A DNA stretch of 37,698 nucleotides from Candidatus Woesearchaeota archaeon (GCA_964354995.1 CAYHBQ010000003.1:1-37698), one strand, 5' to 3'. Shown: positions 17,154-26,375, counted from the first letter of the stretch. Numbers and translations are program-made. The notes: generated by a model from the letters alone, not told the origin.

Positions 17154-17322
17154 TGATATTGAACTGATTGTAAAAAGCAAAATAAAGGCTGCAGTGCCTG
17201 AATTGAGTGTAGCTAGTGAAGTTCCTGAAGCATTGAACAAAAAAGTTTTAAAAATCCTTGAAGATGCGGCTCACCGTGCAAAGCTCAACGGCAGACGAAC
17301 GTTGTACGCACGAGACTTATAG
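17146..17322 (+). CDS. small histone-fold protein (58 aa, not in ORF track)
   Basis: Manual translation MVDDIELIVKSKIKAAVPELSVASEVPEALNKKVLKILEDAAHRAKLNGRRTLYARDL; A..RAK.NGR.T...RDL histone signature. Confidence 0.85.
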   Translation: MVDDIELIVKSKIKAAVPELSVASEVPEALNKKVLKILEDAAHRAKLNGRRTLYARDL

Positions 17323-17390
17323 GGCTCCGCAAAACTCTTAAACTTGTCTTTCTTCCTCAAGTGACGTTAGAAACGTGAAAGGGGGTAGAT

Positions 17391-18185
17391 ATGATGAAAT
17401 ATACTTATTTGTTGTATGGATTTGCTATTTTTGCAGCCTTTCTCCTGATTGCAGGTGCGGCCTATGCTGAAAGCGGTTCTGACGATGATGACGAATCTGA
17501 CGATTCTGACGATGATGATTCGGATGACTCTTCTGACGATAGTGATGATGACAGCACATCGACGTCGGATATCGTCCCTGAAGACGATTCTGACGATTTA
17601 TTAGAGTACGAATCTGAGCTCGAGGACGATGTATCGGGTAAGACCCTTCGAGCAACCATCGGATTTTATGGTCACGGGTATGCATTGCAAGGTGAAACTG
17701 GAGTGTTACTAACCCTTGTGGGAGTACATAAAGCGACTATCTCGGTCAATGAGGACCGTGTAAGTCAAAGCTTCACACGTGCAACACTTCGCGTGGGTAA
17801 AGAAGAATACAAACTTACGCGAGCTGTAAATGCACTAGAAGAACAACTTCCTGTGAACACTGTTACCTTTGCTGTGATTGATGAAGGTGATGCGATCGGT
17901 ACGTTGACGCTTAATGCCGGCACAGCCTATGATACGGGATTTGCTGTACGAACGGGGACGCTTATGATTGGGGAAGAGTCTTGGGATGTGACTATTGCCA
18001 CACAAGTGCGTGCCATTAAAGGCAACCTTGAACGTGCTAATGTCAAGGCGATTCGACCACGTACTACTGACGTTGCCTCTGTTGAAGATGCGACGACTCC
18101 GGTAGAAGCGACCTCTCGACGCGGATTCTGGGCGCGATTGTTCGGAAGAGAAGATCGCTCAGGTAGCAACTCGGGAAGCAACTAA
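17391..18185 (+). CDS. secreted beta-rich protein with Asp/Ser tract and FWARLFG tail
   Basis: Signal peptide ending AYA, acidic tract (tctgacgat repeats), paralog of 19094-19942. Confidence 0.8.
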   Translation: MMKYTYLLYGFAIFAAFLLIAGAAYAESGSDDDDESDDSDDDDSDDSSDDSDDDSTSTSDIVPEDDSDDLLEYESELEDDVSGKTLRATIGFYGHGYALQGETGVLLTLVGVHKATISVNEDRVSQSFTRATLRVGKEEYKLTRAVNALEEQLPVNTVTFAVIDEGDAIGTLTLNAGTAYDTGFAVRTGTLMIGEESWDVTIATQVRAIKGNLERANVKAIRPRTTDVASVEDATTPVEATSRRGFWARLFGREDRSGSNSGSN

Positions 18186-18206
18186 AGAAAAATTATTTTT
18201 TATTTT

Positions 18207-18225
18207 TTGTTCCGTTTTGGTTCCA
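18207..18225 (+). promoter_or_regulatory. candidate operator TTGTTCCGTTTTGGTTCCA, copy 1
   Basis: Identical 19-mer at 18991-19009; just upstream of TATA tatttaaa. Confidence 0.7.
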
Positions 18226-18261
18226 GTCAATCTATTTAAAGCGTGAGGCTCTGTGTTTGGT

Positions 18262-18990
18262 ATGAACCGATTGTGGATTATGCTCATCTTTATGGGGCTC
18301 ATGCTTTCCTCTGCGAGCGCATTGACACAAGTTACGATTTACGTTGATGCGGTGGGTGATGCGCTCTTTCTTGGTGTATCTGATGAGAGTCCTGCTCTTC
18401 CTACGGGAATAACTCTTGCTAATGGAAGAATAAATGGATATACGTCAACGCTCACTCAAAAAGAGGGCGACATTTGGACGTTCTCATTTGCACTTGCGCC
18501 CAGCGAGATGGTGATAAGTCTTCCTGAAGGCGCTGTTATAAAATCGATTTCGAGTGGTGAAATAACCCTTGAACAGGGGCAGATTGCCGTGTACGCCGTC
18601 AACGGCACGACCATTAGGTATTCTATCGAAAAGAAAACGACTTCCAATGGTATCGGTGCGTTCGTGACAATTATCGGAGCGCTTATCGCGATTGTTGTAA
18701 TCGCCTATATTGCCAATTATAGAAATAGGGAGAGACACACGCGTACTGTACCGACAAAGCGGAAAAAGGTTCATCGCTTGGAGGTTATTAGCTCTGTGCT
18801 TAATGAGCGTGAAAACCTTATCCTTGAAAAGTTACGGGAAACGGGCAAGACAAAAATGTCGTATCTTCGTAAAGGCTGCGACCTTCCAAAAGCTTCGTTT
18901 TCTCGTCATATTCATGAACTGGTGAAGAAAAAACTTGTCAAGCTTTCGGGCGAAGGAAAGAATAAATTTGTTGAATTAGCCGTTAAGTGA
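18262..18990 (+). CDS. membrane-anchored winged-HTH transcriptional regulator
   Basis: Signal peptide, beta-rich extracellular domain, TM helix, then LNERE..IL, LPKASFSRHIHELVKKKLV..GKNKFV wHTH. Confidence 0.88.
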   Translation: MNRLWIMLIFMGLMLSSASALTQVTIYVDAVGDALFLGVSDESPALPTGITLANGRINGYTSTLTQKEGDIWTFSFALAPSEMVISLPEGAVIKSISSGEITLEQGQIAVYAVNGTTIRYSIEKKTTSNGIGAFVTIIGALIAIVVIAYIANYRNRERHTRTVPTKRKKVHRLEVISSVLNERENLILEKLRETGKTKMSYLRKGCDLPKASFSRHIHELVKKKLVKLSGEGKNKFVELAVK

Positions 18991-19022
18991 TTGTTCCGTT
19001 TTGGTTCCATTCCTGGTTCCAG
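18991..19022 (+). promoter_or_regulatory. candidate operator, copy 2 (three GTTCC boxes)
   Basis: GTTCC at 18993, 19004 and 19016, upstream of TATA-like cttataa. Confidence 0.7.
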
Positions 19023-19093
19023 ACAGGGCTTATAACCTCCCTCTTTCTAAGAAACGTATGAAAAACACTATCTCTGAAAGGAGGTTTGTACAC

Positions 19094-19942
19094 ATGAAAA
19101 CTGCTATACTTATAGCCGGATTGCTTATGTTAAGCGTTATTACCGCAGGGTTTACCGCTGCACAAGAGCAAGAGCCTGAAAGAGGGTATGCAAACCCTAT
19201 TTCGGTCAAGCCTATGCGTGTCCAGGCAATCAGCCCTCACGCATTTGCGGTACAGGAAGTAACAGGTTCTGTCAGACCTATTGATGTTGCTGCTTCTGCA
19301 GCAGGCATACAGAGCAGCGATGTTGAAGAAGTGCTTGCGGCCCTTGAGGCAGATACAGACTCTTCGCTTCGTGCGGCTGCGTTCTCTCGCGTTACGGTGG
19401 GGAACGGATATGCTGAAAATACGCAAGGTCAACTTGAATTAGCTCGGATTGTGCTCGCAAGCCGTTCGCTTGTTAGCCCTCAGAGCGTCAATGAAGCCAG
19501 CGTACTGCACCGAGGCACGCTTATGATTGGAAATACCAAACTTACGCTTGCACAGGAAAACTCTGATGAGTCTCCTGATAGCTATCGATTTACGCTCCTT
19601 TACAATGGGGCAGAAGTCGGAGAGGCAACAATCCACGTGACTAAGGAATCTGGCTCTATACGCGTTTTTGAAGGAACGTTCTCATTTGCACTTGCAGATG
19701 AAAATGCTGCTGAGCTCTCAGAATCTGGTTCGCTTGTTCTTATAACTAAGACGGTCGGATCTGTTCGCAAGAGCACATCAGACGAAACCCAAATTGAAGT
19801 TGATGATGGCGTTGGACGATTGAATAAGGGAATACCCTCTTCAGCTGGCGCCGCTAATACCGATAGCGCAACCGAATCAGAAGACGCTGCACAAGCGCCT
19901 GGTTCGTGGACGCGATTCTGGGCTCGTCTCTTCGGAAACTAA
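19094..19942 (+). CDS. secreted beta-rich protein with FWARLFG tail
   Basis: AGGAGGT Shine-Dalgarno before ATG 19094; signal peptide; paralog of 17391-18185. Confidence 0.8.
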   Translation: MKTAILIAGLLMLSVITAGFTAAQEQEPERGYANPISVKPMRVQAISPHAFAVQEVTGSVRPIDVAASAAGIQSSDVEEVLAALEADTDSSLRAAAFSRVTVGNGYAENTQGQLELARIVLASRSLVSPQSVNEASVLHRGTLMIGNTKLTLAQENSDESPDSYRFTLLYNGAEVGEATIHVTKESGSIRVFEGTFSFALADENAAELSESGSLVLITKTVGSVRKSTSDETQIEVDDGVGRLNKGIPSSAGAANTDSATESEDAAQAPGSWTRFWARLFGN

Positions 19943-19947
19943 CGAGT

Positions 19948-19984
19948 CTTTTTTTATTTTATTTTTCTTTTTTTCTTTAATTTT
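19948..19984 (+). terminator. T-rich archaeal-type terminator
   Basis: Long oligo-T tracts right after the stop codon. Confidence 0.55.
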
Positions 19985-20010
19985 ATATACCCCTCACCAA
20001 TAGGTTACGT

Positions 20011-20403
20011 ATGTCGAATAAAGCAAAGGGGTCTAAAGCTGAGCGCGAACTGGTTGATCTCTTTACACACCATGGCTGGCGCGCTGCACGTGTTGCCGGA
20101 AGTGGCGTGAATGATAATTCTCCGTGCGACTTATTTGCAGGCAAACTGGGAAAAAAGGGCGTTGTTGTTGAAGCTAAATCGAGCAAGAAAACGCGCATTT
20201 ACATAACTCGCCAACAAATTGAAGACTTTATGTTGTTTGGAGAAATGATGGGCTTGCGTACGGTTATTGCCGCGCGATTCAACCGCGAAGGATGGTATTT
20301 TTTAGAAACGAGTCAATTGGAAAATACGGGCGCAAACTGGGTCGCATCGCTTGAGAACTGTAAAACAAATGGAAAACGATTCGCACAGTTCTTTGAAGGA
20401 TAG
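20011..20403 (+). CDS. hjc: Holliday junction resolvase Hjc
   Basis: KGSKAEREL, RVAGSG, DLFAG, VEAKS. Confidence 0.95.
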   Translation: MSNKAKGSKAERELVDLFTHHGWRAARVAGSGVNDNSPCDLFAGKLGKKGVVVEAKSSKKTRIYITRQQIEDFMLFGEMMGLRTVIAARFNREGWYFLETSQLENTGANWVASLENCKTNGKRFAQFFEG

Positions 20404-20445
20404 CCTGGTGAAAAGAACTATAAACAAGAAAGTTTAAAGATTACT

Positions 20446-20556
20446 ATGAAACGACATAGCAGAGTTGCACGAATTAAGTTTGAACGGCTTGAGATGAAGC
20501 GATTACATCGAGAAGTCAAACAACAAGTTAAACATAAGAAGCAAGCAGGCTATTAG
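20446..20556 (+). CDS. putative very small basic protein (36 aa)
   Basis: MKRHSRVARIKFERLEMKRLHREVKQQVKHKKQAGY; TATA-like ctataaa about 28 nt upstream; fills the gap before the convergent trxB stop. Confidence 0.5.
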   Translation: MKRHSRVARIKFERLEMKRLHREVKQQVKHKKQAGY

Positions 20557-21509
20557 TCTGAGGTTATTCTATTTCGTGTAATAAATTCGTAGGCACTGTA
20601 TGCTGCCGTACATCCTTCTGCGACGCCCGTTATTGCTTGTTTGAACGGCTTATCGGCTACATCGCCCGCGGCATACACGCCCAGGACGTTTGTCTCTGAG
20701 GTTTTGTGATTGATTATAATCTCCTTTTTCTCATTAAGTTTCACTCCGAGAGGAACCGCAAGTTCGGAAAGAATGTCGTGACCTATCGCGACGAACACTC
20801 CTTCGAGCTTGAGTTCTTTTGTGCCCTTGTAGAGTTTATCAAGCGTCACGGACTCCACACAATCGGAACCGTTAACCTTGACAACATTTGTTTTAGTAAT
20901 TACCTCTATTTTTTTATTCTGCTTAATGCGTATACGGTTAATAGGCTCTGCACGTATCTCATCGCCTCGGTAGATGATATACGCTTTTTTTGCGTGTTCG
21001 GCAAGTACGAGCGCGTCTTTTGCTGCCGTGTCCGCTCCTCCGACAACGGCGACTGTCTTGTTGCGGTAGAGGGGGGCATCGCATAAGGCGCAATAGGCTA
21101 CTCCTTTGTTTTCGAGTTCAAACGCACCGGGCACGGTTAACTTCCTCCACTTAGTTCCCGTTGCAATAAGTATTGTTTTTGCACTGTAACTATCTTCTGC
21201 AGTCTGTATACTAAATCCGGTTTTGTCTTTCTTTACGCTTTCGACACGTTCTTCTCGTATAGTAACAAGGTCGTACGACTCTGCGTGCTTTCGAATATTG
21301 TCTGCAAGCTCTTGTCCGGTAAGACGAATAAACCCGGGATAATTTTCGACTACATTGGTCGTAGTAATAACGCCTCCGATAGCCATCTCGGAGCCATGAG
21401 ACGTGCCAAAACAAATGGTGTTAAGCCCTAGACGGGCGGCGTACATGGCGGCCGCTAGTCCGGTGCCTCCTGCACCAATAATCCCGAAATCGTATTCTTT
21501 TTTTACCAT
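20553..21509 (-). CDS. trxB: thioredoxin reductase
   Basis: IIGAGG, VENYPG, YCALCD, VVGG, YAAGD. Confidence 0.95.
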   Translation of the reverse strand: MVKKEYDFGIIGAGGTGLAAAMYAARLGLNTICFGTSHGSEMAIGGVITTTNVVENYPGFIRLTGQELADNIRKHAESYDLVTIREERVESVKKDKTGFSIQTAEDSYSAKTILIATGTKWRKLTVPGAFELENKGVAYCALCDAPLYRNKTVAVVGGADTAAKDALVLAEHAKKAYIIYRGDEIRAEPINRIRIKQNKKIEVITKTNVVKVNGSDCVESVTLDKLYKGTKELKLEGVFVAIGHDILSELAVPLGVKLNEKKEIIINHKTSETNVLGVYAAGDVADKPFKQAITGVAEGCTAAYSAYEFITRNRITSD

Positions 21510-21784
21510 AACTTAAATTTTTTTGGTTTCATCCCGAGTGCTTTTCGCACGGCACGCTCATCGAATCCTACGATGATAGTTCCTCGTGCATCAATGACCG
21601 GAACGCCTTGTTGGCCTGACTTTTTAATCATTTCTTGCGCGGCTTTGGTGCTTGTACCTACGTTGATTGACGTAAACGCAATCTTGTTTTCGCGCAAAAA
21701 CTCTTTCGCCTTTATGCACCACGGGCAATAGTCTGTTGAATACACGAGCACCTTTGGTTTTGCAGGGCGCTTTTTAGCAGGCAT
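21503..21784 (-). CDS. glutaredoxin/NrdH-like redoxin
   Basis: CPWC, SGQQGVPVI, IVGFD; coupled to trxB. Confidence 0.92.
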   Translation of the reverse strand: MPAKKRPAKPKVLVYSTDYCPWCIKAKEFLRENKIAFTSINVGTSTKAAQEMIKKSGQQGVPVIDARGTIIVGFDERAVRKALGMKPKKFKLW

Positions 21785-21844
21785 GACGTCGGAAGCCGAG
21801 TGCTTTTTATAAACGTTTTTATACATGCTCGACAATTCTTTTTT

Positions 21845-22324
21845 ATGGAACCTGCGCTTGAAAGATACCTACAAAAAAACGATATACATTACATACTTCA
21901 TCGGCACGCCGCGGTGCATACCGTAGCCGAATCGCACGCGGATGAAACGATTATGCGCATACCGGGCCTTCGATGCAAAACACTCTTTCTGGTTGATGAA
22001 TCGAACCAGTATTACCTCGTCGGAATGCCTGGGGTGAAGCGGCTTGATTTTAAGAAGTTACAAACAAGCCTTGGAGTGAAAAAATTGACCATGGGTTCGC
22101 AAGAGACATTACTGCGGGAAACGGGGCTGGTACCTGGCAGTGTAAGCATTTTTGGAGTATTTCAAAACAGCTCGATTATACTTGTTCTTGACGAAGAGGT
22201 ATGGCAAGCACAACAGGTATGTTTTCATCCGAATGTTAACACGGAGACACTCGAACTAACGCACCACGCGCTTGAACGTTTTTTTGAGACTATTCCAAAT
22301 ACTAAAAAGATAGTGGCTTTGTGA
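21845..22324 (+). CDS. YbaK/ProX aminoacyl-tRNA editing domain protein
   Basis: H.AVHT, KTLFL, PGSVS.FG, FHPNVNT. Confidence 0.9.
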   Translation: MEPALERYLQKNDIHYILHRHAAVHTVAESHADETIMRIPGLRCKTLFLVDESNQYYLVGMPGVKRLDFKKLQTSLGVKKLTMGSQETLLRETGLVPGSVSIFGVFQNSSIILVLDEEVWQAQQVCFHPNVNTETLELTHHALERFFETIPNTKKIVAL

Positions 22325-22618
22325 TTATTTCTCTTTTTTTCCCTTGTCGTGCACAGATTCTTTCTTGTGTTGTAGAATACGGTCCAATTTTTGGTCTATG
22401 GACGTTACGTGGCTTTCAATCGATTTAATACGTAAGGCTTGACGCGTTTGAACGATGACCTTTAGAATCAGAAAAGCGAGGTAGATGATAAATAGAACAC
22501 CTACTGCTTTTGCGATATTCAACAAAAAAGTGAAATTGCTCAAGATAGCAGGAGGCATTGAACTCCAGATTAATTCCCCGAAAACGGTTGTATTAATACC
22601 GGGAAGAATGTCGGCCAT
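22325..22618 (-). CDS. small single-TM protein
   Basis: Hydrophobic helix followed by a coiled, basic tail. Confidence 0.6.
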   Translation of the reverse strand: MADILPGINTTVFGELIWSSMPPAILSNFTFLLNIAKAVGVLFIIYLAFLILKVIVQTRQALRIKSIESHVTSIDQKLDRILQHKKESVHDKGKKEK

Positions 22619-22665
22619 CTGTAGGAAGGGTAAAAGCATTTTAATAACCTTTTCATCGTATTCTG

Positions 22666-23403
22666 ATGAACTCACGAGCGGCTATTTTTACAACGGTATC
22701 GATTGTTTTTTTAGTGATGGGGAATTATTATTTTTTCAGCTCCGAAAAAGAAGATACAAGGGAACAAGTTATTATCATTCAAGCGATTGATGGTGACACC
22801 GTTAAACTGGCCGATAATCGCACGGTGCGTCTTATTAACATAAATACTCCTGAGAAAAAAGAAAGGGGATACGAAGAAGCGAAACAATTTCTCCAAACGT
22901 ACGAAGGTGAAGCCGTCCTTTTGGATGTGCGAGGGACTGAAAAATATGGTCGATTGCTCGGGGCATTATACGCTGATGAACGCTATTTGAATCTCGAGTT
23001 GGTACGGAACGGATTAGCCCATACGTTTCTTGTTTCTGATGAAGAAGAGAAACTCTTTTTTACCGTTCAAGAGAAAGCCGTTCGTACTAACGCAGGGGTG
23101 TGGGCACATTCCCCTTATTACGGATGTTTGGACGCAGAAATTGATAAAAAGGATGAATACGTGGTCTTTACGTCAATGTGTGCGTCGACTCTTGACAACT
23201 GGACAATTAAGGATGAAACGACGCATCGTTATGTGCTTGACGGAGAGATTGCAACCACGTTTACCCTCTGGTCAAGAGAAGGAAACTCGAGTAAAGATGC
23301 GAAGTATTGGGGGCGCGGAAATGTATGGAATGACGACCGAGACTCGCTTTTCGTTCGTGATGAAAATCAGCTTCTTGTTTTGTATAGTACTTATGGGCAT
23401 TAG
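22666..23403 (+). CDS. thermonuclease (SNase) with C-terminal lamin-tail-like domain
   Basis: IDGDT, RLININTPE, KYGRLL, LNLELVRNGLA; C-terminal DEYV..WTIKD..VWNDDRD. Confidence 0.9.
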   Translation: MNSRAAIFTTVSIVFLVMGNYYFFSSEKEDTREQVIIIQAIDGDTVKLADNRTVRLININTPEKKERGYEEAKQFLQTYEGEAVLLDVRGTEKYGRLLGALYADERYLNLELVRNGLAHTFLVSDEEEKLFFTVQEKAVRTNAGVWAHSPYYGCLDAEIDKKDEYVVFTSMCASTLDNWTIKDETTHRYVLDGEIATTFTLWSREGNSSKDAKYWGRGNVWNDDRDSLFVRDENQLLVLYSTYGH

Positions 23404-24235
23404 TTCGCTCGTTCTTGCTCTTCGAATTAATGAAATCATGTATGATCCGCAATACAATGAGAATTATAATGAATGGATTGAATTATACAATGAAGATGAC
23501 GAGCCGATTGATTTAACCAACATTACGATCTGTGGTAAAGCTCTCGGATCGGGCTATATAGATCGCTCGGGAGAAGTGCACAATGAAGAAGATTTTTTTC
23601 TTGCGTCTGAAGCGTACGCGATTATTACTGATGGAGGAAGCGGGGGTGAAGTGTATACTAATTATGATATTCCTGCAGGCGCACGTGCATTTCACGTTGA
23701 TGCCTCAAGCATATGCGGAGGTCTTGCAAACGAGGGAGATACAATTAGTATTTCTGCTGATAATGAAACTATAGATGAAGTTGTCTACGCGGGGGGCGCC
23801 GAACCTGGATTTAGCCTCGAATGGAGAGGAGGAGACTTCTTGCCGAGCGCAGACATTGATGGTACTCCTGGGCAAGAAAATTCTGCGGGTAGTTCTCAAA
23901 ACGATTCAGATGACGATCCTCCGCAAAATGATTCTTCGGATGACGATTCGCAGGATGATAAAGATGAAAAACCTAAATCTAAAAAAGTATCTCCTGAACC
24001 TCCGCCAAGTTTCATCCCTTTATATTCTAATTCATCGAGTCGGTCATCAGAGACTACCTCTGAAATCAAAGATAAAAAGAAAATAACTCTTTCGTCGACG
24101 AATAACGCTCTTCTTGATGAAAGGGCGAGCGAAATATATCTCACGTCTGAAGGAAAAATACGTCAAACGGTTATCTACGCTTTTGCGGGATTCTGCATTG
24201 TACTCACTTTTTTGATCGTTTTGAAAAAAGTATAA
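23360..24235 (+). CDS. lamin-tail-domain surface protein with C-terminal TM
   Basis: Signal peptide, RINEIMYDP, EWIELYN, L.N.GD, GTPG..NS. Confidence 0.88.
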   Translation: MKISFLFCIVLMGISSLVLALRINEIMYDPQYNENYNEWIELYNEDDEPIDLTNITICGKALGSGYIDRSGEVHNEEDFFLASEAYAIITDGGSGGEVYTNYDIPAGARAFHVDASSICGGLANEGDTISISADNETIDEVVYAGGAEPGFSLEWRGGDFLPSADIDGTPGQENSAGSSQNDSDDDPPQNDSSDDDSQDDKDEKPKSKKVSPEPPPSFIPLYSNSSSRSSETTSEIKDKKKITLSSTNNALLDERASEIYLTSEGKIRQTVIYAFAGFCIVLTFLIVLKKV

Positions 24236-24266
24236 AGTTTAAATACCTCTAAAGAGTAAAAAGATT

Positions 24267-24575
24267 ATGGATTTGAGGGATGTTTCTCCTGAGGTTCTGG
24301 ATGTTCTTAGAACACCAATGATTCATCATGAGCGCGGAACAGTTTGTCTTCCTTCCGAAGGATGGGAAAGAGTTATTTCTCGAAAGAGTCCAGCGAGGTG
24401 TCGTTTGGCTTCTGTAGACGAGGGTTATAGTTCTCCTTCGCAGAGTCGCCCTATGTCTTCTGAAAATCCCTCGTATCATTCGCCGAGAACTCTTCCTGAT
24501 GGATATACTCCTGAGATGAAGTCTCTGTTGAGTACCAAACATTCTCGAGAATATTTGCCCAGCACAGTTGAGTGA
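24267..24575 (+). CDS. hypothetical Ser/Pro-rich protein
   Basis: ORF with tttaaata about 28 nt upstream; low complexity. Confidence 0.4.
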   Translation: MDLRDVSPEVLDVLRTPMIHHERGTVCLPSEGWERVISRKSPARCRLASVDEGYSSPSQSRPMSSENPSYHSPRTLPDGYTPEMKSLLSTKHSREYLPSTVE

Positions 24576-24627
24576 GGGGCTTTCGGATTAGACCACATAT
24601 TTTTAAACCTCTATTCTGTATCTTGTC

Positions 24628-25128
24628 ATGGAACCGTTACACGTTCGATTTATTATTGAGATTTTAGGTAAGCCTGCTGCTCACGTGTCGAGTACGATGC
24701 ATATGCTTCTTGACAGACTCGCCCAAGAGAAAGGCGTTTCTGTGACGGGTCGCATCGTACACGAACCTAAGGCCGTGCCGGAGAACAAGGGGCTCTTTAC
24801 GACGTTTGCGGAGGTCGAAGCGCGTTTTGAATCGATAAACGTATTTTTTGGGATTATCTTTGCATATATGCCTTCAAATATAGAAGTCATTTCTCCAGGC
24901 AGCCTTAAGTTTACTAATGAAGAAGTCACCACGTTGGGAAACACACTTGTAAGTCGATTGCACCTTTATGAGTCAGTCACTAAAAAATTAGTGAGCGATA
25001 GAGATGTGCTTATGAATAAATTAAAATCGATGGGAGTAACATTCCCACAACAAGTGCCCCCTGCACCTGCGACAGAAAAGGAAAAGAAGACGCCTTCTAA
25101 GAAGAAGAAAGCTTCCAAAAAACGTTAG
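24628..25128 (+). CDS. conserved hypothetical archaeal protein
   Basis: IIEILGKP, FTTFAEVE, YMPSNIEVISP pattern recalled from archaeal hypothetical proteins. Confidence 0.75.
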   Translation: MEPLHVRFIIEILGKPAAHVSSTMHMLLDRLAQEKGVSVTGRIVHEPKAVPENKGLFTTFAEVEARFESINVFFGIIFAYMPSNIEVISPGSLKFTNEEVTTLGNTLVSRLHLYESVTKKLVSDRDVLMNKLKSMGVTFPQQVPPAPATEKEKKTPSKKKKASKKR

Positions 25129-26375
25129 AACGGTTTTTCAAGCTTCTTAATTTGTTTATGCAATACGTTCTCCTCTTTCATGCGAGAACGGGTTTTGAGA
25201 TACCTTCCCCCTATAATAATCAGGATAAGTAAGACAATTAATCCGATTACATACCCTAACCATACAAGACTTGTGGTCTTTTTTACATCGATACACGAAC
25301 CTCTGCAACATGCACCTTCTTTTGTGGTCACGGTTTCTCCTGAACACTGCTGACTCGTGAGACAAACACGCCCGTTAAGCTCGTTACACGAATACTGCCC
25401 CGTTACGTTGGAAGTAGTTGCGTTTGACGATGGGGCAACGACTGTTGAGGCGTTTTCTTCATCAAAGAGGAGCTCGAGTGGCAACTCAAATTCTTCGTCA
25501 TCGACAAGAATGGTAAAAAGATCTGAAATGGACTCTTCGGAAAGTACGGTGAGATTAAACGTTGCGGTTTCGTTTGCTTTCAATTTGCGCAAACGAGAAG
25601 GTTCTAACTTGAAACGATCATCGTCATAGGTAAACTCAAACCCCGACAAATCGCGCTCGGCAGTGTTCCGTATGATAAAGGTCACTACGTGGGGTTCCGT
25701 GCCTCGAATAAATCGATGGTCAAATCTCCCTGGAGAGAGTTCTATGATTCGAGGCGGCCCTGAAGAAGAACTATTACCTGTGGGAGCAACATATGTGCTG
25801 TAAAGAGGGAACTCGTATCTTCCTAGTGACAGAGTGTGAAAACCGTAGGTAAACTCTTCTATCTCTACTTCGCGGGTTGTTACTCCTGGCGCCAGCACGA
25901 GCGTGGTGTTACCAGCGACTTCCAATGAAATTTCCTGCGGTAGCTCTGCATACGAGGTAAATGAGATATCAAAATCTTGACCCGTTATAATCAATCCAGG
26001 ACGTAGGGTGTACGGGGCTGTTTCGTTAGTAACCGTAAAATTTTGCATGAAGTCGATAACGACTTGTTGCCCATTTATGAGCGTTTCAACGTTGTGAATG
26101 AGGAGTGTATAATTATTGGGTGCGAAAGGGGCTACTGCGTAGAGAAAATAGCGATCGCCCAGACGTTTAAGATCGTACTCAAAAGAACCGACTTGTACAT
26201 GACCTCGGGTAAATTCTATATCCGACGCAGAAAGAGAACCAAAAATTGAACCGGAGAGCTCTGCAATCATTGTTTCTCCCTGTGCATACGATTGGGAGAG
26301 AGAAAGGGAAAGCGCACTGGCGGACGAAACAGAAAGAGATGCAATAAAGAGGGCAAGAAATAGTTTTTGCTGCAT
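25125..26375 (-). CDS. surface protein with beta-rich domains, Cys module and C-terminal TM
   Basis: Signal peptide; CNELNGRVC...CCRGSC; TM helix with basic tail. Confidence 0.8.
   Translation of the reverse strand: MQQKLFLALFIASLSVSSASALSLSLSQSYAQGETMIAELSGSIFGSLSASDIEFTRGHVQVGSFEYDLKRLGDRYFLYAVAPFAPNNYTLLIHNVETLINGQQVVIDFMQNFTVTNETAPYTLRPGLIITGQDFDISFTSYAELPQEISLEVAGNTTLVLAPGVTTREVEIEEFTYGFHTLSLGRYEFPLYSTYVAPTGNSSSSGPPRIIELSPGRFDHRFIRGTEPHVVTFIIRNTAERDLSGFEFTYDDDRFKLEPSRLRKLKANETATFNLTVLSEESISDLFTILVDDEEFELPLELLFDEENASTVVAPSSNATTSNVTGQYSCNELNGRVCLTSQQCSGETVTTKEGACCRGSCIDVKKTTSLVWLGYVIGLIVLLILIIIGGRYLKTRSRMKEENVLHKQIKKLEKPF

Noticed and set aside
17477-17600. Repeated tctgacgat units as a possible CRISPR or DNA repeat array
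   Set aside because: In-frame codons of an Asp/Ser tract; no repeat-spacer structure and no cas genes in the window
23030-23359. N-terminal 110 codons of the 401-aa ORF
   Set aside because: Overlap the nuclease gene; a signal peptide begins at ATG 23360
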